Of a stretch of DNA of 64,000 nucleotides, positions 8,422-18,540 are shown piece by piece (positions within the stretch are counted from its first letter, which is position 1; each line of letters begins with the position of its first letter). Under the pieces are notes generated by a model. It was not told the DNA's origin. It did not search any database and worked only from the letters and a program-made list of their open reading frames with translations. The translations under genes were made by a program, and so were the position numbers. The stretch spans positions 7,315 to 71,314 of the forward strand of contig JBGTIB010000092.1 in the NCBI GenBank assembly GCA_041745875.1. Direction: 5' to 3'. This DNA is from Flavobacteriales bacterium. GTDB lineage: Bacteria; Bacteroidota; Bacteroidia; Flavobacteriales_F; PHOS-HE28.

Positions 8422-11239
8422 GCAGGTCTCCAAGGAACCCACCGGTATGGGACACTGAACAGGCGGCCAGTTCCTCCGGTGTGCCGGTGAACACCACGTT
8501 CCCACCGCCTTCGCCTCCATCCGGGCCCAGGTCGATCACGTGGTCCGCACACTTGATGATGTCACTGTTGTGTTCAATGACCACCACACTATGGCCATTG
8601 GCGATGAGCATCCCCAGGGCCTTCAGCAACTTGGCCACATCGTGGAAATGCAGGCCGGTCGTCGGTTCGTCGAATATGAACAGCGTGGGTTTCTCTTCCT
8701 GACCCTTGCTCAGGAAGCTGGCCAGTTTGATGCGTTGTGCTTCACCACCACTGAGTGTGCTGCTGCTTTGCCCCAGCTTCACGTAGCCCAATCCTGTCTC
8801 CTGTAACGGCATCAACCTGCCGACCACCCGCTTGCACGCGTTCGACCCCTCCACGTGCGCACTGAAGAACGAGATCGCATCGTCAACGGTCATATCCAAC
8901 ACTTCCGCCACGTGCTTTCCCTCGAAGCGGGCTTCGAGGATCTCCTCGCGGAAACGCTTTCCCTTGCAGGCATCACAGGTCAGCGCGATATCGGCCATGA
9001 ATTGCATCTCGATCCGCACCAGTCCTTCGCCCTGGCATTGCTCACAACGGCCGCCGTCCACATTGAAGCTGAAGTAGCTCGGCTTGTAGCCGCGTGCCTT
9101 GCTCACATCGGTTTCGCTGAACAACTGCCGGATCTCGTCCCATGCTTTCACGTACGTGACAGGATTGCTCCTGCTGCTGCGCCCGATGGGGTCCTGATCC
9201 ACCATTTCCACAGCCTGGATCCGCTTGATATCTCCTTCCAACGCATTGAAGTCACCAGGGCGATCACCGAATCCATCCAACTCGCGCTTCATCGCCGGAT
9301 AGAGGATCCGTTTGATCAGGGTCGTCTTGCCGCTACCGCTCACCCCGGTGATCACGGTCAGCATATGCAGGGGAACGGCAACATCGATGTCCTTGAGGTT
9401 GTGTTCACGCGCACCTTTGATCACCAGCTTGTCCTTCACGGGTCTGCGTCGCTTGGGGACCGGGATGAATTCGCGCCCCGTGAGGTATCGCGCCGTCAGA
9501 CTGTCACTGTCGATCAACTGCGCATGTGTTCCACTGAACACGACCTGTCCGCCGTGCGTTCCGGCCATGGGTCCCATATCGATGATGTGGTCGGCGGCAC
9601 GCATCACTTCCTCGTCATGCTCCACCACGATCACCGTGTTACCCAGATCACGCAGCTGCTTCAATACTTCGATCAAGCGCAGCGTATCCCGGGAATGGAG
9701 ACCTATGCTGGGCTCGTCCAAGATGTACATGCTGCCGACCAGGCTGCTGCCCAAAGACGTGGCCAGGTCGATGCGTTGCGTCTCACCTCCGCTCAAGGTG
9801 TTGCTGCGGCGGTCCAACGTGAGGTACCCTACTCCTACATCAACGAGGTACTGCAGGCGATCCCGGATCTCCTTCAGCAAGCGCACCGCGATCCGCTGGT
9901 CATGGGTCGTAAGCTCCAGACCTTTGAAGAAAGCCAGACAGTCGACCAAAGGCATTCTGACCAGTTCCGTGATGTCGTGCCCGGCCAGTTTCACATACCG
10001 CGCTTCCTTGCGCAGACGGGCACCCTGGCAGTCAGGGCAGGCGGTCTTACCCCGGTAGCGGCTGGCCAGCACCCGGTACTGGATCTTGTAGCTCTTCTCC
10101 TCCACGTACCGGAAGAAGGCGTCGATACCCCGCAATCCCTTCGCTCCCTTCCAAAGTAGGTCGCATTGTGCACTATTGAGTTCACGGTAGGGGCGGTGGA
10201 TCGGGAAGTCGTACCTGGCACAATCCCGAATGAACTCGACCTGCCATTCGCTGAGTTTCTCGCCACGCCAGGGCGCCACGCAACCATCATAGAGGCTCAA
10301 GCGCTTGTCAGGCACCACCAACTCCGGGTCTATCCCGATCACATTCCCGTATCCTTCGCAGCGTGGACAGGCGCCCACCGGATCGTTGAAACTGAAGAGG
10401 TTGGTGGTGGGTTCCTCGAAGGTGATGCCATCCAACTCGAACTTGTCACTGAATCCCATCTGTCGTCCATCATCCCCCAGCAGGATCAATTCGCCCTGTC
10501 CCTCGAAGAACGCTGCTTCGGCACTGTCCGCCACGCGGCTTTCGGTCTCCGTATCCCCGGGCACTGCCACGATCCGGTCCAGGACCAGGAACCACGTGCC
10601 CTTCAAAGCTGAGCCCTTCTTGAGCAGGTCCTCAATGCGGTGGACCGCTTTTCCGTCATGCACCCGGGCGAAGCCTTGTTGCTGCAGGATGTCCAGATGT
10701 TCCAACATACCCCGCCCGGCGGGAACATGGATCGGTGACAGCATCAGCACGGGACTTCCGTACGCATAGGTGTTCACCCCGGCCACGACATCCTCGATCG
10801 TATGGCGCTGAACGGGCCGACCGCTGGTCGGGGAAAGGGTCTGTCCAACCCGGGCGTACAGCAACTTCAAGTGGTCGTAGACCTCGGTGCTGGTACCCAC
10901 AGTGCTTCGTGGATTGCTGCTCATCACCTTCTGTTCGATGGCAATGGCCGGGCTGATGCCCAGGATGCGATCCACATCAGGCTTCTCCAATCGCCCCAGG
11001 AACTGGCGTGCATAACTGCTCAAACTTTCCACATAGCGCCGCTGGCCTTCAGCGTACAGCGTGTCGAATGCCAGACTGCTCTTCCCACTGCCGCTGAGAC
11101 CGGTGATCACCACCAGCTTCCCGCGGGGGATGTCCACATCGATGTTCTTCAGGTTGTGGACCCGTGCTCCCTGGACCCGGATGAAGCCACCATGCCGTGA
11201 AGGCCGGGCCTCTTGCGGTACATTGGCCGACGCGGGCAT
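8417..11239 (-). CDS. uvrA: Excinuclease ABC subunit A (UvrA).
   Basis: '[63 protein letters not shown]', a second ABC module '[13 protein letters not shown]', and zinc-finger Cys pairs 'CPRCEGYG' and 'CEQCQGEG'; length about 940 aa. The ORF extends to 11287 with a Pro-rich extension over a C7 run; ATG at 11239 ('[13 protein letters not shown]...') fits UvrA N-termini better. Confidence 0.96.
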   Translation of the reverse strand: MPASANVPQEARPSRHGGFIRVQGARVHNLKNIDVDIPRGKLVVITGLSGSGKSSLAFDTLYAEGQRRYVESLSSYARQFLGRLEKPDVDRILGISPAIAIEQKVMSSNPRSTVGTSTEVYDHLKLLYARVGQTLSPTSGRPVQRHTIEDVVAGVNTYAYGSPVLMLSPIHVPAGRGMLEHLDILQQQGFARVHDGKAVHRIEDLLKKGSALKGTWFLVLDRIVAVPGDTETESRVADSAEAAFFEGQGELILLGDDGRQMGFSDKFELDGITFEEPTTNLFSFNDPVGACPRCEGYGNVIGIDPELVVPDKRLSLYDGCVAPWRGEKLSEWQVEFIRDCARYDFPIHRPYRELNSAQCDLLWKGAKGLRGIDAFFRYVEEKSYKIQYRVLASRYRGKTACPDCQGARLRKEARYVKLAGHDITELVRMPLVDCLAFFKGLELTTHDQRIAVRLLKEIRDRLQYLVDVGVGYLTLDRRSNTLSGGETQRIDLATSLGSSLVGSMYILDEPSIGLHSRDTLRLIEVLKQLRDLGNTVIVVEHDEEVMRAADHIIDMGPMAGTHGGQVVFSGTHAQLIDSDSLTARYLTGREFIPVPKRRRPVKDKLVIKGAREHNLKDIDVAVPLHMLTVITGVSGSGKTTLIKRILYPAMKRELDGFGDRPGDFNALEGDIKRIQAVEMVDQDPIGRSSRSNPVTYVKAWDEIRQLFSETDVSKARGYKPSYFSFNVDGGRCEQCQGEGLVRIEMQFMADIALTCDACKGKRFREEILEARFEGKHVAEVLDMTVDDAISFFSAHVEGSNACKRVVGRLMPLQETGLGYVKLGQSSSTLSGGEAQRIKLASFLSKGQEEKPTLFIFDEPTTGLHFHDVAKLLKALGMLIANGHSVVVIEHNSDIIKCADHVIDLGPDGGEGGGNVVFTGTPEELAACSVSHTGGFLGDLR

Positions 11240-11514
11240 CGGGCTTGTATGTGGGGGGGCAGGCAAAGGCGGCGCGAAATTAGGCATCGGCGTGGCGCGC
11301 TTGAGCGTGATGCCACTATCTTTGGCACTACGCTGTCATTCGGTCCTTCGCTGCACAATATGCTTTGAGCAGGCAACGTTACCCGGGTCAACAACGTCGA
11401 TGTAACGTAACCCACCAGGTCTGTTCACACGGACCAAGCACCTAAACCCCTCGCCAATAGCACGACCTCTACCCTGATCGCAACGATCCATTACGGACCA
11501 AAAAGGGAAAGGCC

Positions 11515-12102
11515 ATGCTGACGAAGGTGCTAAATGACCAGGAGCTAGTACGTCTATACCTTGAAGGCAACGAGAAAGCCTTCGAGACGATACTGCAGCG
11601 TCACAAGAGGAAGGTGTGGTCACACATCTATCTGATGGTGCGCGATCGCGAGATCACCGAGGACCTCTTCCAGGAGTCCTTCATCAAGGTGGTCCACACT
11701 CTGAAGACCGGGAAATACAATGAAGAAGGTAAGTTCCTTCCTTGGGTGATGCGTATCGCCCACAATCTGGTGATCGACCATTTCCGTCGTGCCAAGAAGA
11801 TGCCCTTGCTCAGAAGCAACGACGACCATGATGTCTTCGCCACGATCTCCCAACCTGGGAAGAACGTGGAGCAGAAAATGGTGAACGTGCAGATCGATGC
11901 CGATGTGCGCAAACTGATCGACCACCTTCCTGAAGAGCAGCGTGAGGTGGTGATCATGCGCACCTATCTGGGCATGAGTTTCAAGGACATCGCGGAGCAG
12001 ACCGATGTGAGCATCAATACAGCCCTGGGTCGCATGAGATATGCCTTGATCAACATGCGGAAGCTGATCAGGAAGCACGAAATGGCGCTGGATCGCGCCT
12101 GA
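11515..12102 (+). CDS. RNA polymerase sigma-70 factor, ECF subfamily.
   Basis: Region 2 'DLFQESFIKVVHTL...FLPWVMRIAHNLVIDHFRR' and region 4 'EQREVVIMRTYLGMSFKDIAEQTDVSINTALGRMRYALINMRK'; 195 aa. No anti-sigma gene follows. Confidence 0.85.
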   Translation: MLTKVLNDQELVRLYLEGNEKAFETILQRHKRKVWSHIYLMVRDREITEDLFQESFIKVVHTLKTGKYNEEGKFLPWVMRIAHNLVIDHFRRAKKMPLLRSNDDHDVFATISQPGKNVEQKMVNVQIDADVRKLIDHLPEEQREVVIMRTYLGMSFKDIAEQTDVSINTALGRMRYALINMRKLIRKHEMALDRA

Positions 12103-12440
12103 GGCCAGGCTCTGTGCTACCTGCCAGCGATCGGTGCGCGTAGGGGGGCCATAGCCATCTCGAAGGATCCGGTGTGTTGATTTTTTGAACGGGGTGCAAT
12201 ACGGGACATGGTGCCTCGTTCAATGAACATCCAAACCACCAAATACGTCCTTCATGGCAAACACTACACTAGGAAGTAGAGAACGTCGCACGCGTAGGAA
12301 CATGTCGATAGAACTTCAGCCCGGACCAAGAGCAAGCAGTGTTCAGGCCATCTTGGGATATTCCAAAGCACTGCACGTAGTGAATGCTCCCCCCGTTGGC
12401 GAGATCGCCCTGGTCATGAACTGACCCGGTCGAGAACAAG

Positions 12441-12481
12441 AAATGGGAAAGCCCCTGAAGCAATGACCTTCAGGGGCTTTC
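12441..12481 (-). terminator. Rho-independent terminator (14-bp perfect stem, 7-nt loop) downstream of the desaturase gene; possibly bidirectional for the convergent sigma-factor gene.
   Basis: 'gaaagcccctgaag-caatgac-cttcaggggctttc' at 12447-12481, followed on the minus strand by 'CCAUUUCUUGUUCUC'. The desaturase stop codon lies about 20 bp upstream, at 12502. Confidence 0.7.
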
Positions 12482-12501
12482 TTATGCTTCGCGATCGCGG
12501 G

Positions 12502-13485
12502 TCACATGGCCATTTCGCGCCGCCCGATCATTCGGCCCAATTCAGGGTCCCACACCTTCAAGCGCAGACAGCGGATGATCTCGCCCGGCATCAGCGAGGT
12601 GGTCTTGGCCTGTTGTAGCTCAGGAATTGCATCGAAAGCTTCCGGAAGTCGGTAGAATGGGATCCGAGCGTTGAGATGGTGGATATGGTGGTATCCGATA
12701 TTGCCGGTGAACCAATGCATGACCGGGTTCAACTTCATATAGCTACTACTGCCCAATGCGGCGTTCACATAGCTCCAACCATCCTTGTCGGCGAAGGTCG
12801 CCGTGGGAAAATTGTGTTGTGCATAGAACAGGTAGGCGCCCAAGCCCAACGCGATCACGGCCGGTGCGATGAACCCCAGCAGGAAAGTCACCCAGCCGAA
12901 GACCAGTACGATGGTGATCCCGATCCCGACATGCAGTACCAAAGCCAGGAGGGAGTCCCAGTGCTTGCTGCGGTTGTTGAGGAAACTGCGAACGCACATG
13001 CCGTATACGAATACGAAGATGTACCCGAAGGCAATGGTCAACGGATGGCGGGTGAAATTGTACACCGCCCGCTCGCCGCGACCCATGGTCTGGTATTTAT
13101 GCCGGGTCACGATCGGATAGGAACCGATGCTGCTGGTATAGAGCTTCGAATTATGCTTGTGATGATGGTCGTGCGAACGTTTCCAGATACTGGTAGGGGC
13201 AAGTATGAACAGGCCCCAGAGCGTCATCAAGGTATTCGCGAGCCACGAATCCTGCAGGATCGCCTTGTGCTGGTGATCATGGTAGATGATGAACATGCGC
13301 GCAATGGTCAGTCCAGCGAGGACACTGCACGTGATCTTCAACCAAAGTGGCGATGTGGGCCAGAAGATCCCGACATAGAAGCCGGCCAGTACTGTTCCTG
13401 TGGAGAACAAGTGCCACCAGCTCAACCAACGGATCTCCTTTGCGAAGGGCTTGGTCGCGAGGATGAGTTCTTTCTCGGTTCTCAC
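12502..13485 (-). CDS. Membrane fatty-acid desaturase family protein.
   Basis: Three histidine boxes 'HDHQH', 'HDHHH' and 'HHIHH' separated by hydrophobic segments. GTG start at 13485-13483 (the track shows it as M) overlaps the stop of the upstream acyltransferase as GTGA. Confidence 0.85.
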   Translation of the reverse strand: MRTEKELILATKPFAKEIRWLSWWHLFSTGTVLAGFYVGIFWPTSPLWLKITCSVLAGLTIARMFIIYHDHQHKAILQDSWLANTLMTLWGLFILAPTSIWKRSHDHHHKHNSKLYTSSIGSYPIVTRHKYQTMGRGERAVYNFTRHPLTIAFGYIFVFVYGMCVRSFLNNRSKHWDSLLALVLHVGIGITIVLVFGWVTFLLGFIAPAVIALGLGAYLFYAQHNFPTATFADKDGWSYVNAALGSSSYMKLNPVMHWFTGNIGYHHIHHLNARIPFYRLPEAFDAIPELQQAKTTSLMPGEIIRCLRLKVWDPELGRMIGRREMAM

Positions 13486-14369
13486 GTCGTAGCTTGACTT
13501 TTTGATCGGCTATGTTTCCACCGACGGTGGGTCCAGAGCCAAAGATCGGGATAGTTGCGGATATCTGCTTCGAGTCGTTGCGTATGTGCTTCCGTGATCG
13601 CCCCAAGAGGCAGTGCTGAAGGCTCTGCCACAAGGGTCTCAGCGTGCATGTGGTAGTATCCCCGGCGTGGCCTGGAAATGCTGATATACACCACCGGTTG
13701 ATCCAGTTTTTTCGATAGGGCCTCTGTGCCTTGGAAAACCGGGGTATCCTGGCCCAGGAAGGTCATCCAATAGGCACGCGATGGTGACGGGGTCTGGTCG
13801 GCAATAAAGGCCGTCGCCGTCAGACGGTCCCTGTCACGGATCATCAATTTGCCAGCCTCTCGCATGGGGTACAAATGTATGCCGTGTCTGGTTCGCATAT
13901 GGTGTATCGTTCGGTCGACCCGGGCATTGGTGAGTGGATGGTAGATCACATGGAGCGGCGGTACGCCTTGCTCCTGGGCATAGCGGGCACCGGCCCACTC
14001 CCAATTCCCATAATGTCCAAGTACAAGAATGATGCTTCTTTCCTCCCTGGCATAGTTGCGCAGGATGTCGATCCCGGAGAACCCCACTCTTTCACGGATC
14101 CCGTCGGGCGTGAGCGTAAGCATTTTGAGTGTTTCCAAGGTAAGGTCGCAGAACCAGCGGTAGAAACCGGCAGCGATGTTGTCGATCTCTGCCTGGCTCT
14201 TTCCGGGGAAGCTGTTCCTCAGATTGGTGAGGACCACTTCTCGGCGGTACCCGATCGTACGATGTACGATGAAGCACATCAGATCCGAGAGGAGATACAA
14301 GGCGCGGAAAGGCAGGAAGGCAACACCATAGAGGAATGGCAATGAAAGGAGATGGAGGAGAGTGCCCAT
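13482..14369 (-). CDS. Lipid A biosynthesis (LpxL/HtrB-like) lysophospholipid acyltransferase family protein.
   Basis: 'ILVLGHYGNWEWAG' (the HX4D acyltransferase motif region) and '...NYPDLWLWTHRRWK' at the C-terminus are typical of LpxL/LpxM-type late acyltransferases. The ORF extends to 14762, but ATG at 14369 ('MGTLLHLLSLPFLYGVAF...') gives the expected ~295 aa and a hydrophobic N-terminal anchor. Confidence 0.78.
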   Translation of the reverse strand: MGTLLHLLSLPFLYGVAFLPFRALYLLSDLMCFIVHRTIGYRREVVLTNLRNSFPGKSQAEIDNIAAGFYRWFCDLTLETLKMLTLTPDGIRERVGFSGIDILRNYAREERSIILVLGHYGNWEWAGARYAQEQGVPPLHVIYHPLTNARVDRTIHHMRTRHGIHLYPMREAGKLMIRDRDRLTATAFIADQTPSPSRAYWMTFLGQDTPVFQGTEALSKKLDQPVVYISISRPRRGYYHMHAETLVAEPSALPLGAITEAHTQRLEADIRNYPDLWLWTHRRWKHSRSKSQATT

Positions 14370-14592
14370 TGAGGACGCGAAACTACTGATGCGGGATCCT
14401 TGATGTTCGGCGAGAGCGCTCCAGGTCTTGTCGGTCCATGACGGTGCCGCCATGACCCGCTCGGAACTGCAAGAACGACAGTATCGCACGATCCGAACTG
14501 CAAGAATGTTCAATGTGTGGTACAGATCGACAGTGTTCCGGCTCTGGCCTTGGGCAGCGGTACCACGGAACCCGCTCCCATTGGACGGGGAA

Positions 14593-15063
14593 ATGAAACA
14601 ACAACACGTCATGACACTTGTGAGATTCAAAAGCTCACCCGTGAGTTCAGCCTCGCCGGTGGACCGCCTGGCCAGCGAGATCTTCGGCCAAGGGATCAGC
14701 AACCTGCTGGGGAACGATGGCGACTTGGACCACGCACCGCGGGTGAACATCGTGGAGAGCAAGGATGACTATCGGGTCGAAGTGCAGGCACCCGGCTTCG
14801 ACAAGAAGGACCTGAAGGTTGAAATGCTTGCCGATACGCTCACCATCCGTGGGGAGCACACCGAAGAGAACACAATGGAGAACGGTGAGCTTCGCTATAC
14901 CCGGCGTGAATTCAGCCGCAATGCGTTCGAACGCAGCTTCGTTCTTCCCCAAACCGCCAATGCAGATGCCATTGAAGCGGAATATGTGAACGGTGTGCTG
15001 CGGCTTACCATTCCGAAGAGCGAGGAAAGCAAGCCGAAGTCGCGGAGGATCAGCATCGGTTGA
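14593..15063 (+). CDS. Hsp20/alpha-crystallin family small heat-shock protein.
   Basis: Alpha-crystallin domain 'RVNIVESKDDYRVEVQAPGFDKKDLKVEMLADTLTIRGEH...AEYVNGVLRLTIPKSEE'. The upstream part of the ORF (14428-14592) is low-complexity and overlaps the divergent region; ATG at 14593 gives 156 aa. Confidence 0.9.
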   Translation: MKQQHVMTLVRFKSSPVSSASPVDRLASEIFGQGISNLLGNDGDLDHAPRVNIVESKDDYRVEVQAPGFDKKDLKVEMLADTLTIRGEHTEENTMENGELRYTRREFSRNAFERSFVLPQTANADAIEAEYVNGVLRLTIPKSEESKPKSRRISIG

Positions 15064-15157
15064 TCATGTGGTAGGCACTGGATCATTCGCTGATCCAGGA
15101 GAAAATGTGTCAGGGACGGGAGTGCCGATCACGGTTGCTCCCGTTCTTTTTCCGGTG

Positions 15158-15571
15158 CTATGCACGCTTCGATCGCATCGCCCTGACCTGTTTCAGATCC
15201 GGGTCCTTGCTCAGTTCGGTATAGGCCTTTGTACCCAAGGGCACGAGCGCGATGCGCCCCTTGTCGTCGCTGTGGACCCCGAAGCCGTAGCGTTTGGTCA
15301 GTGGTGAAGCGCGCATGCAGGCCTGTCCTTTGGAGAAGTACACCTCGCGCGCTTCCTTCCATTCGCTTTTTGGGATCCCTTGGCGTTGGGCATGTACCTT
15401 GAACAGCACATCATCGGAGGTGAGTTCATATGGCCCCTCGTTCAATAGCTTGTACTGGAGTTCAGCCACAGTTGGGTTCTCTTTCGCCCCCGGTACTTCG
15501 GCCACCGGGACAGAGCAGTCCTCCGCCACGGCGATGAATGTATTGAAGTAGTTGGTGGTGTGCATGCTCAT
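15158..15571 (-). CDS. Conserved hypothetical protein (DUF6157-like).
   Basis: 'MSMHTTNYFNTFIAVAEDC...' resembles a conserved bacterial DUF recalled from memory, and GC3 is high. Start chosen at the internal ATG (15571); the upstream extension is low-complexity. Confidence 0.5.
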   Translation of the reverse strand: MSMHTTNYFNTFIAVAEDCSVPVAEVPGAKENPTVAELQYKLLNEGPYELTSDDVLFKVHAQRQGIPKSEWKEAREVYFSKGQACMRASPLTKRYGFGVHSDDKGRIALVPLGTKAYTELSKDPDLKQVRAMRSKRA

Positions 15572-15671
15572 GCAAACACGTAAGTGGGTTCCGAACGAAG
15601 GTATGGCAGGGTGCGTCCTGACCCGGTCATCGCTGTTCATCGCGGACGGAGCTGTCAAACGTCTAAGCACC

Positions 15672-16022
15672 ATGCATGGACAGAAATTCTTCGACCGCTT
15701 GGTCGCGATGCATCTTTGTCCAATGCGCTTCCTGCCTCATGAGCACAGGGCGATCACCGACAGGATCCAGCAGCATGGCATCGATCTGCGCACGGTGCTG
15801 TTCGTGAAGCGCCGTGGCCGCCTCCATGTGGAAATGCCCGATCGCGTGGATCCCTTCATTTTTTTCCGGGAGGAGCGGACCATACTTGATGCCCAAGGAT
15901 GCTGGCAGGGACAGGTCGAATATTTCGTCGGTATGGCCAAGCGGGATCCCACCGACTGGCATGGCGTGATGGTGGCGTTCGAGACCTGGATGGACCGTCG
16001 ACCTGAGGCCAAAGCTTGGTAG
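15672..16022 (+). CDS. Hypothetical protein (116 aa).
   Basis: Strong GC3 bias on the plus strand compared with the overlapping antisense ORFs; no family recognised. Confidence 0.4.
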   Translation: MHGQKFFDRLVAMHLCPMRFLPHEHRAITDRIQQHGIDLRTVLFVKRRGRLHVEMPDRVDPFIFFREERTILDAQGCWQGQVEYFVGMAKRDPTDWHGVMVAFETWMDRRPEAKAW

Positions 16023-16141
16023 GTACACCCACCACGCCTGCCGATGGCCCGCCACCACAGCGGTCTGCTTCCCATTCGGAACGGGCACTTATCTTCCCCG
16101 CCTCACACGCATTCAGCAGTGACACACATACAAATACACCA

Positions 16142-17068
16142 ATGGCCGATCAGAAGGAGCTTGACGCACACTACACCACCATGGACAAGATCTTCCGCAT
16201 CAGTCTGGGAGAGAAAGGTGGATACAGTGGTGCCCGATTCGACGGGGATTTTTCACTGACACTGGAAGAAGCGCAGGAGCGGAAGCACCGCTTCATCATG
16301 GAACGTTGCAATATCAAGCCAGGCGATAAAGTGCTGGATATCGGATGCGGCTGGGGCGCCTTCATCGATTTCCTGAACAATCAGGGTGTACAAACCACCG
16401 GTGTGGTGCTGGCCAAGGGCCAGGCCGATGCCTGTCGGAAGAACGGGCTGAACGTGCACCATATGGACAGTAAAAAGATCACCCCTGAGACCTTTGGAAT
16501 GTTCAATGCGGTTTGTGCCATGGGTAGCCCGGAGCACCTCTGTTCCGTGGAGGAGTTCCGCGCTGGTAAGCAGGACGAGATCTATCGCACCTACTTCAAA
16601 CAGGTGAGCGATCTGCTACCCGTGGGTGGTCGCTTCTATTGTCAGACCATGGTCTTCGGTCCCAACATGGTCAAGTTCGAGGACATCAAGTTCGGGCAAA
16701 CCAATGTGTGGAAGCCGCGAAAGAGCTATAGCGGTGAAGAATTGATGGACCTGGTGTGCGATGTGTTCCCCGGCTCCTGGCTACCATACGGGCAGGAAGG
16801 CATGACCGAGCCGGCGAAGGAGCACTTCAAATTGATCCACTCGGACAGCGGTCGACTCGACTACATCGAGACGATCGCACGCTGGACCCAGGCCTTCAAC
16901 AAATTCCATCCGCAGAAGTATATGTTGTACGCTTCGTTGCTCCCCAAACTGCTCAGTAGCGATTTCCGTAAGTGGGTTAGGCGCTATCAGATCGCGCCCA
17001 ACCTCCAGGTTTTCGAACGGGAGATCTTCGAGCACTACCGCATGGTATTCGAAAAGGTAAAGAACTGA
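16142..17068 (+). CDS. Class I SAM-dependent methyltransferase of the cyclopropane-fatty-acyl-phospholipid synthase family.
   Basis: Motif I 'KVLDIGCGWGAFIDFL', which is typical of CFA synthase and mycolic acid methyltransferases; ATG at 16142 ('MADQKELD...'). Confidence 0.8.
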   Translation: MADQKELDAHYTTMDKIFRISLGEKGGYSGARFDGDFSLTLEEAQERKHRFIMERCNIKPGDKVLDIGCGWGAFIDFLNNQGVQTTGVVLAKGQADACRKNGLNVHHMDSKKITPETFGMFNAVCAMGSPEHLCSVEEFRAGKQDEIYRTYFKQVSDLLPVGGRFYCQTMVFGPNMVKFEDIKFGQTNVWKPRKSYSGEELMDLVCDVFPGSWLPYGQEGMTEPAKEHFKLIHSDSGRLDYIETIARWTQAFNKFHPQKYMLYASLLPKLLSSDFRKWVRRYQIAPNLQVFEREIFEHYRMVFEKVKN

Positions 17069-17126
17069 GTCTCGTACAGGTGCCTTGACCACCTGAAGCA
17101 CCTCTCCGATGCTGACAATTGGAACG

Positions 17127-17158
17127 CACGAAGCCCCGGCATGGTCCAGGGCTTCGTG
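17127..17158. terminator. Hairpin (10-bp stem) between the convergent methyltransferase and outer-membrane protein genes; a candidate bidirectional terminator.
   Basis: 'cacgaagccc-cggcatggtcca-gggcttcgtg'. Confidence 0.5.
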
Positions 17159-17177
17159 ATATAAGGGCCGATCCGTC

Positions 17178-17777
17178 CTAGTTCGCAAGTTGCAAGCGGA
17201 TACCCGCTGCGGCATACACGTAGTTGACACGTGGATTGGTGGAGAAGCCTTCGCCACGGAACACATTGCTCATGGCGGCATTGTAACCACCTTCCACGAA
17301 GAGGAAACCTAGCTTGAGGCCCGCTGCTGCACCCAGATACCATTGCGACCCGCGCGTCTCGACAGTGAGTTCATCATTGTTCAGGTCGGCGCTCAGGTTC
17401 ATCAGGGCTGTCGGCCCTCCCATCACATACAAATTGATGGCCGGATCATCGATGGGATCGATCAGGTTGAGGCCAAGAAATACAGGCACAGCGAGCGAAC
17501 GGTTCGTGTACCTATACTCCTGCGCCGCGATCCCATTGATCGGAGCCCGGGTGTACCGCAGTTCGCGCACCATGAAATGGACGCCTGGTTTTACGAACCA
17601 TCGGTTACCCAACAGGAGGTCCGCACCGAACTGGTAGCCCGGAAGACCCACCCATTGTTCATTTCCCGCTTCGGTTACGTTGGAAGCATTGTAACCACCG
17701 GAGAAGTGGAATTCCTGAGCTACAGCGGGCGTACCGGTGAGCAAGAGGAACAGTAATGCGAGCCATTGCTTGGACAT
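17178..17777 (-). CDS. Outer-membrane beta-barrel protein with signal peptide.
   Basis: 'MSKQWLALLFLLLTGTPAVAQ', alternating-hydrophobic beta-strand pattern, aromatic C-terminal strand '...YAAAGIRLQLAN'. Confidence 0.7.
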   Translation of the reverse strand: MSKQWLALLFLLLTGTPAVAQEFHFSGGYNASNVTEAGNEQWVGLPGYQFGADLLLGNRWFVKPGVHFMVRELRYTRAPINGIAAQEYRYTNRSLAVPVFLGLNLIDPIDDPAINLYVMGGPTALMNLSADLNNDELTVETRGSQWYLGAAAGLKLGFLFVEGGYNAAMSNVFRGEGFSTNPRVNYVYAAAGIRLQLAN

Positions 17778-18018
17778 GGTATGTGGTTTTGCACACCCCG
17801 GTCAAATCCTTCGCCGTGTCCTCCGGGTAAGCACAATGATACAGGACCTGGAATGCGGGAACCCACTGTCGTTGAGATGGTCTCGACCATTTTCCCACAA
17901 GTTGATCCGCAGACTTTGCACGTGACAGTCTGGTCACCTCTTTCCCCGAGATCACAACAATACTGGGGAAGATCCGACCCGATCAGAAAGTTGTCCTCCG
18001 AAAATGGTGTTTACGAGG

Positions 18019-18318
18019 CTACTGGATCGGTGTCAACGGGGACGATCGCCAGGGTCCTTTGCCTTCCCACGCCTCCACCTGCTGAACATCTCCGAGGCGG
18101 AAAAGCACGGGGAACTTCATGCGCCGCTCCAACTGCACATCCAATTTGCAGAACAAACCCAGGTGTTGATAGGACCAAGGGGAGGGCAGCGTGGAGCGGG
18201 TCAGCGTAATGCCATTGGAACGCATCGTACCTGCAGGCATATCGGTCCTTGGCAACAACGATTGTGCATTCAGCATGGAGAACACGCCACAAGCGATCAG
18301 GAGCAGATACCAACGCAT
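18019..18318 (-). CDS. Small secreted hypothetical protein (99 aa).
   Basis: Signal peptide 'MRWYLLLIACGVFSMLNAQS'; coding-like GC3; no family recognised. Confidence 0.35.
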   Translation of the reverse strand: MRWYLLLIACGVFSMLNAQSLLPRTDMPAGTMRSNGITLTRSTLPSPWSYQHLGLFCKLDVQLERRMKFPVLFRLGDVQQVEAWEGKGPWRSSPLTPIQ

Positions 18319-18473
18319 GCCGTGAAGGTACGATGGGTCACACGGGTACGCGTGTCGATGAAAAGAGCTTCGATATCGTACTCGACATTGCCGATCTGCC
18401 GGACACGATGTATGTGCTCCGTATCGGGAGTGCCGCGCGGCGTTTGATCGTACCACACTGACAGCGAACCGAC

Positions 18474-18518
18474 CTACGAGAAAAGAAAGCGCCGGCCACG
18501 ATCCGTGACCGGCGCTTT
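18474..18518 (-). terminator. Rho-independent terminator of the choice-of-anchor-I gene.
   Basis: 'aaagcgccggccacg-atc-cgtgaccggcgcttt' (15-bp stem with one mismatch), followed on the minus strand by 'UUUCUUUUCUCGU'; the gene's stop codon is at 18541. Confidence 0.75.
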
Positions 18519-18540
18519 GCATAAGACCCACCAATGCGGC

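Noticed and set aside
11243-11287. The UvrA ORF's 5' extension from 11243 to the track start at 11287, which contains a C7 run.
   Set aside because: The Pro-rich 16-aa extension is atypical for UvrA. I placed the start at the ATG at 11239, so the homopolymer is probably in the 5' UTR or promoter and is not a coding phase-variation site.
12103-12446. Possible small gene or anti-sigma factor in the 340-bp gap after the ECF sigma gene (track ORF 12269..12463, minus, 64 aa).
   Set aside because: No TM anti-sigma-like ORF. The 64-aa ORF has no signal or family resemblance, and its far end (12447-12463) runs into the left arm of the 12447-12481 terminator hairpin. The region remains unassigned non-coding.
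14370-14762. N-terminal 131-aa extension of the acyltransferase ORF. Similar track extensions occur for hsp20 (14428-14592), xth (27351-27503), acpH (53241-53351), the amidase (32256-32504), the CFA-type methyltransferase (16016-16141) and nitroreductase (62821-62898).
   Set aside because: The extensions are low-complexity, overlap divergent promoter regions or neighbouring genes, and homologous proteins begin at the internal Met. Internal starts were used instead.
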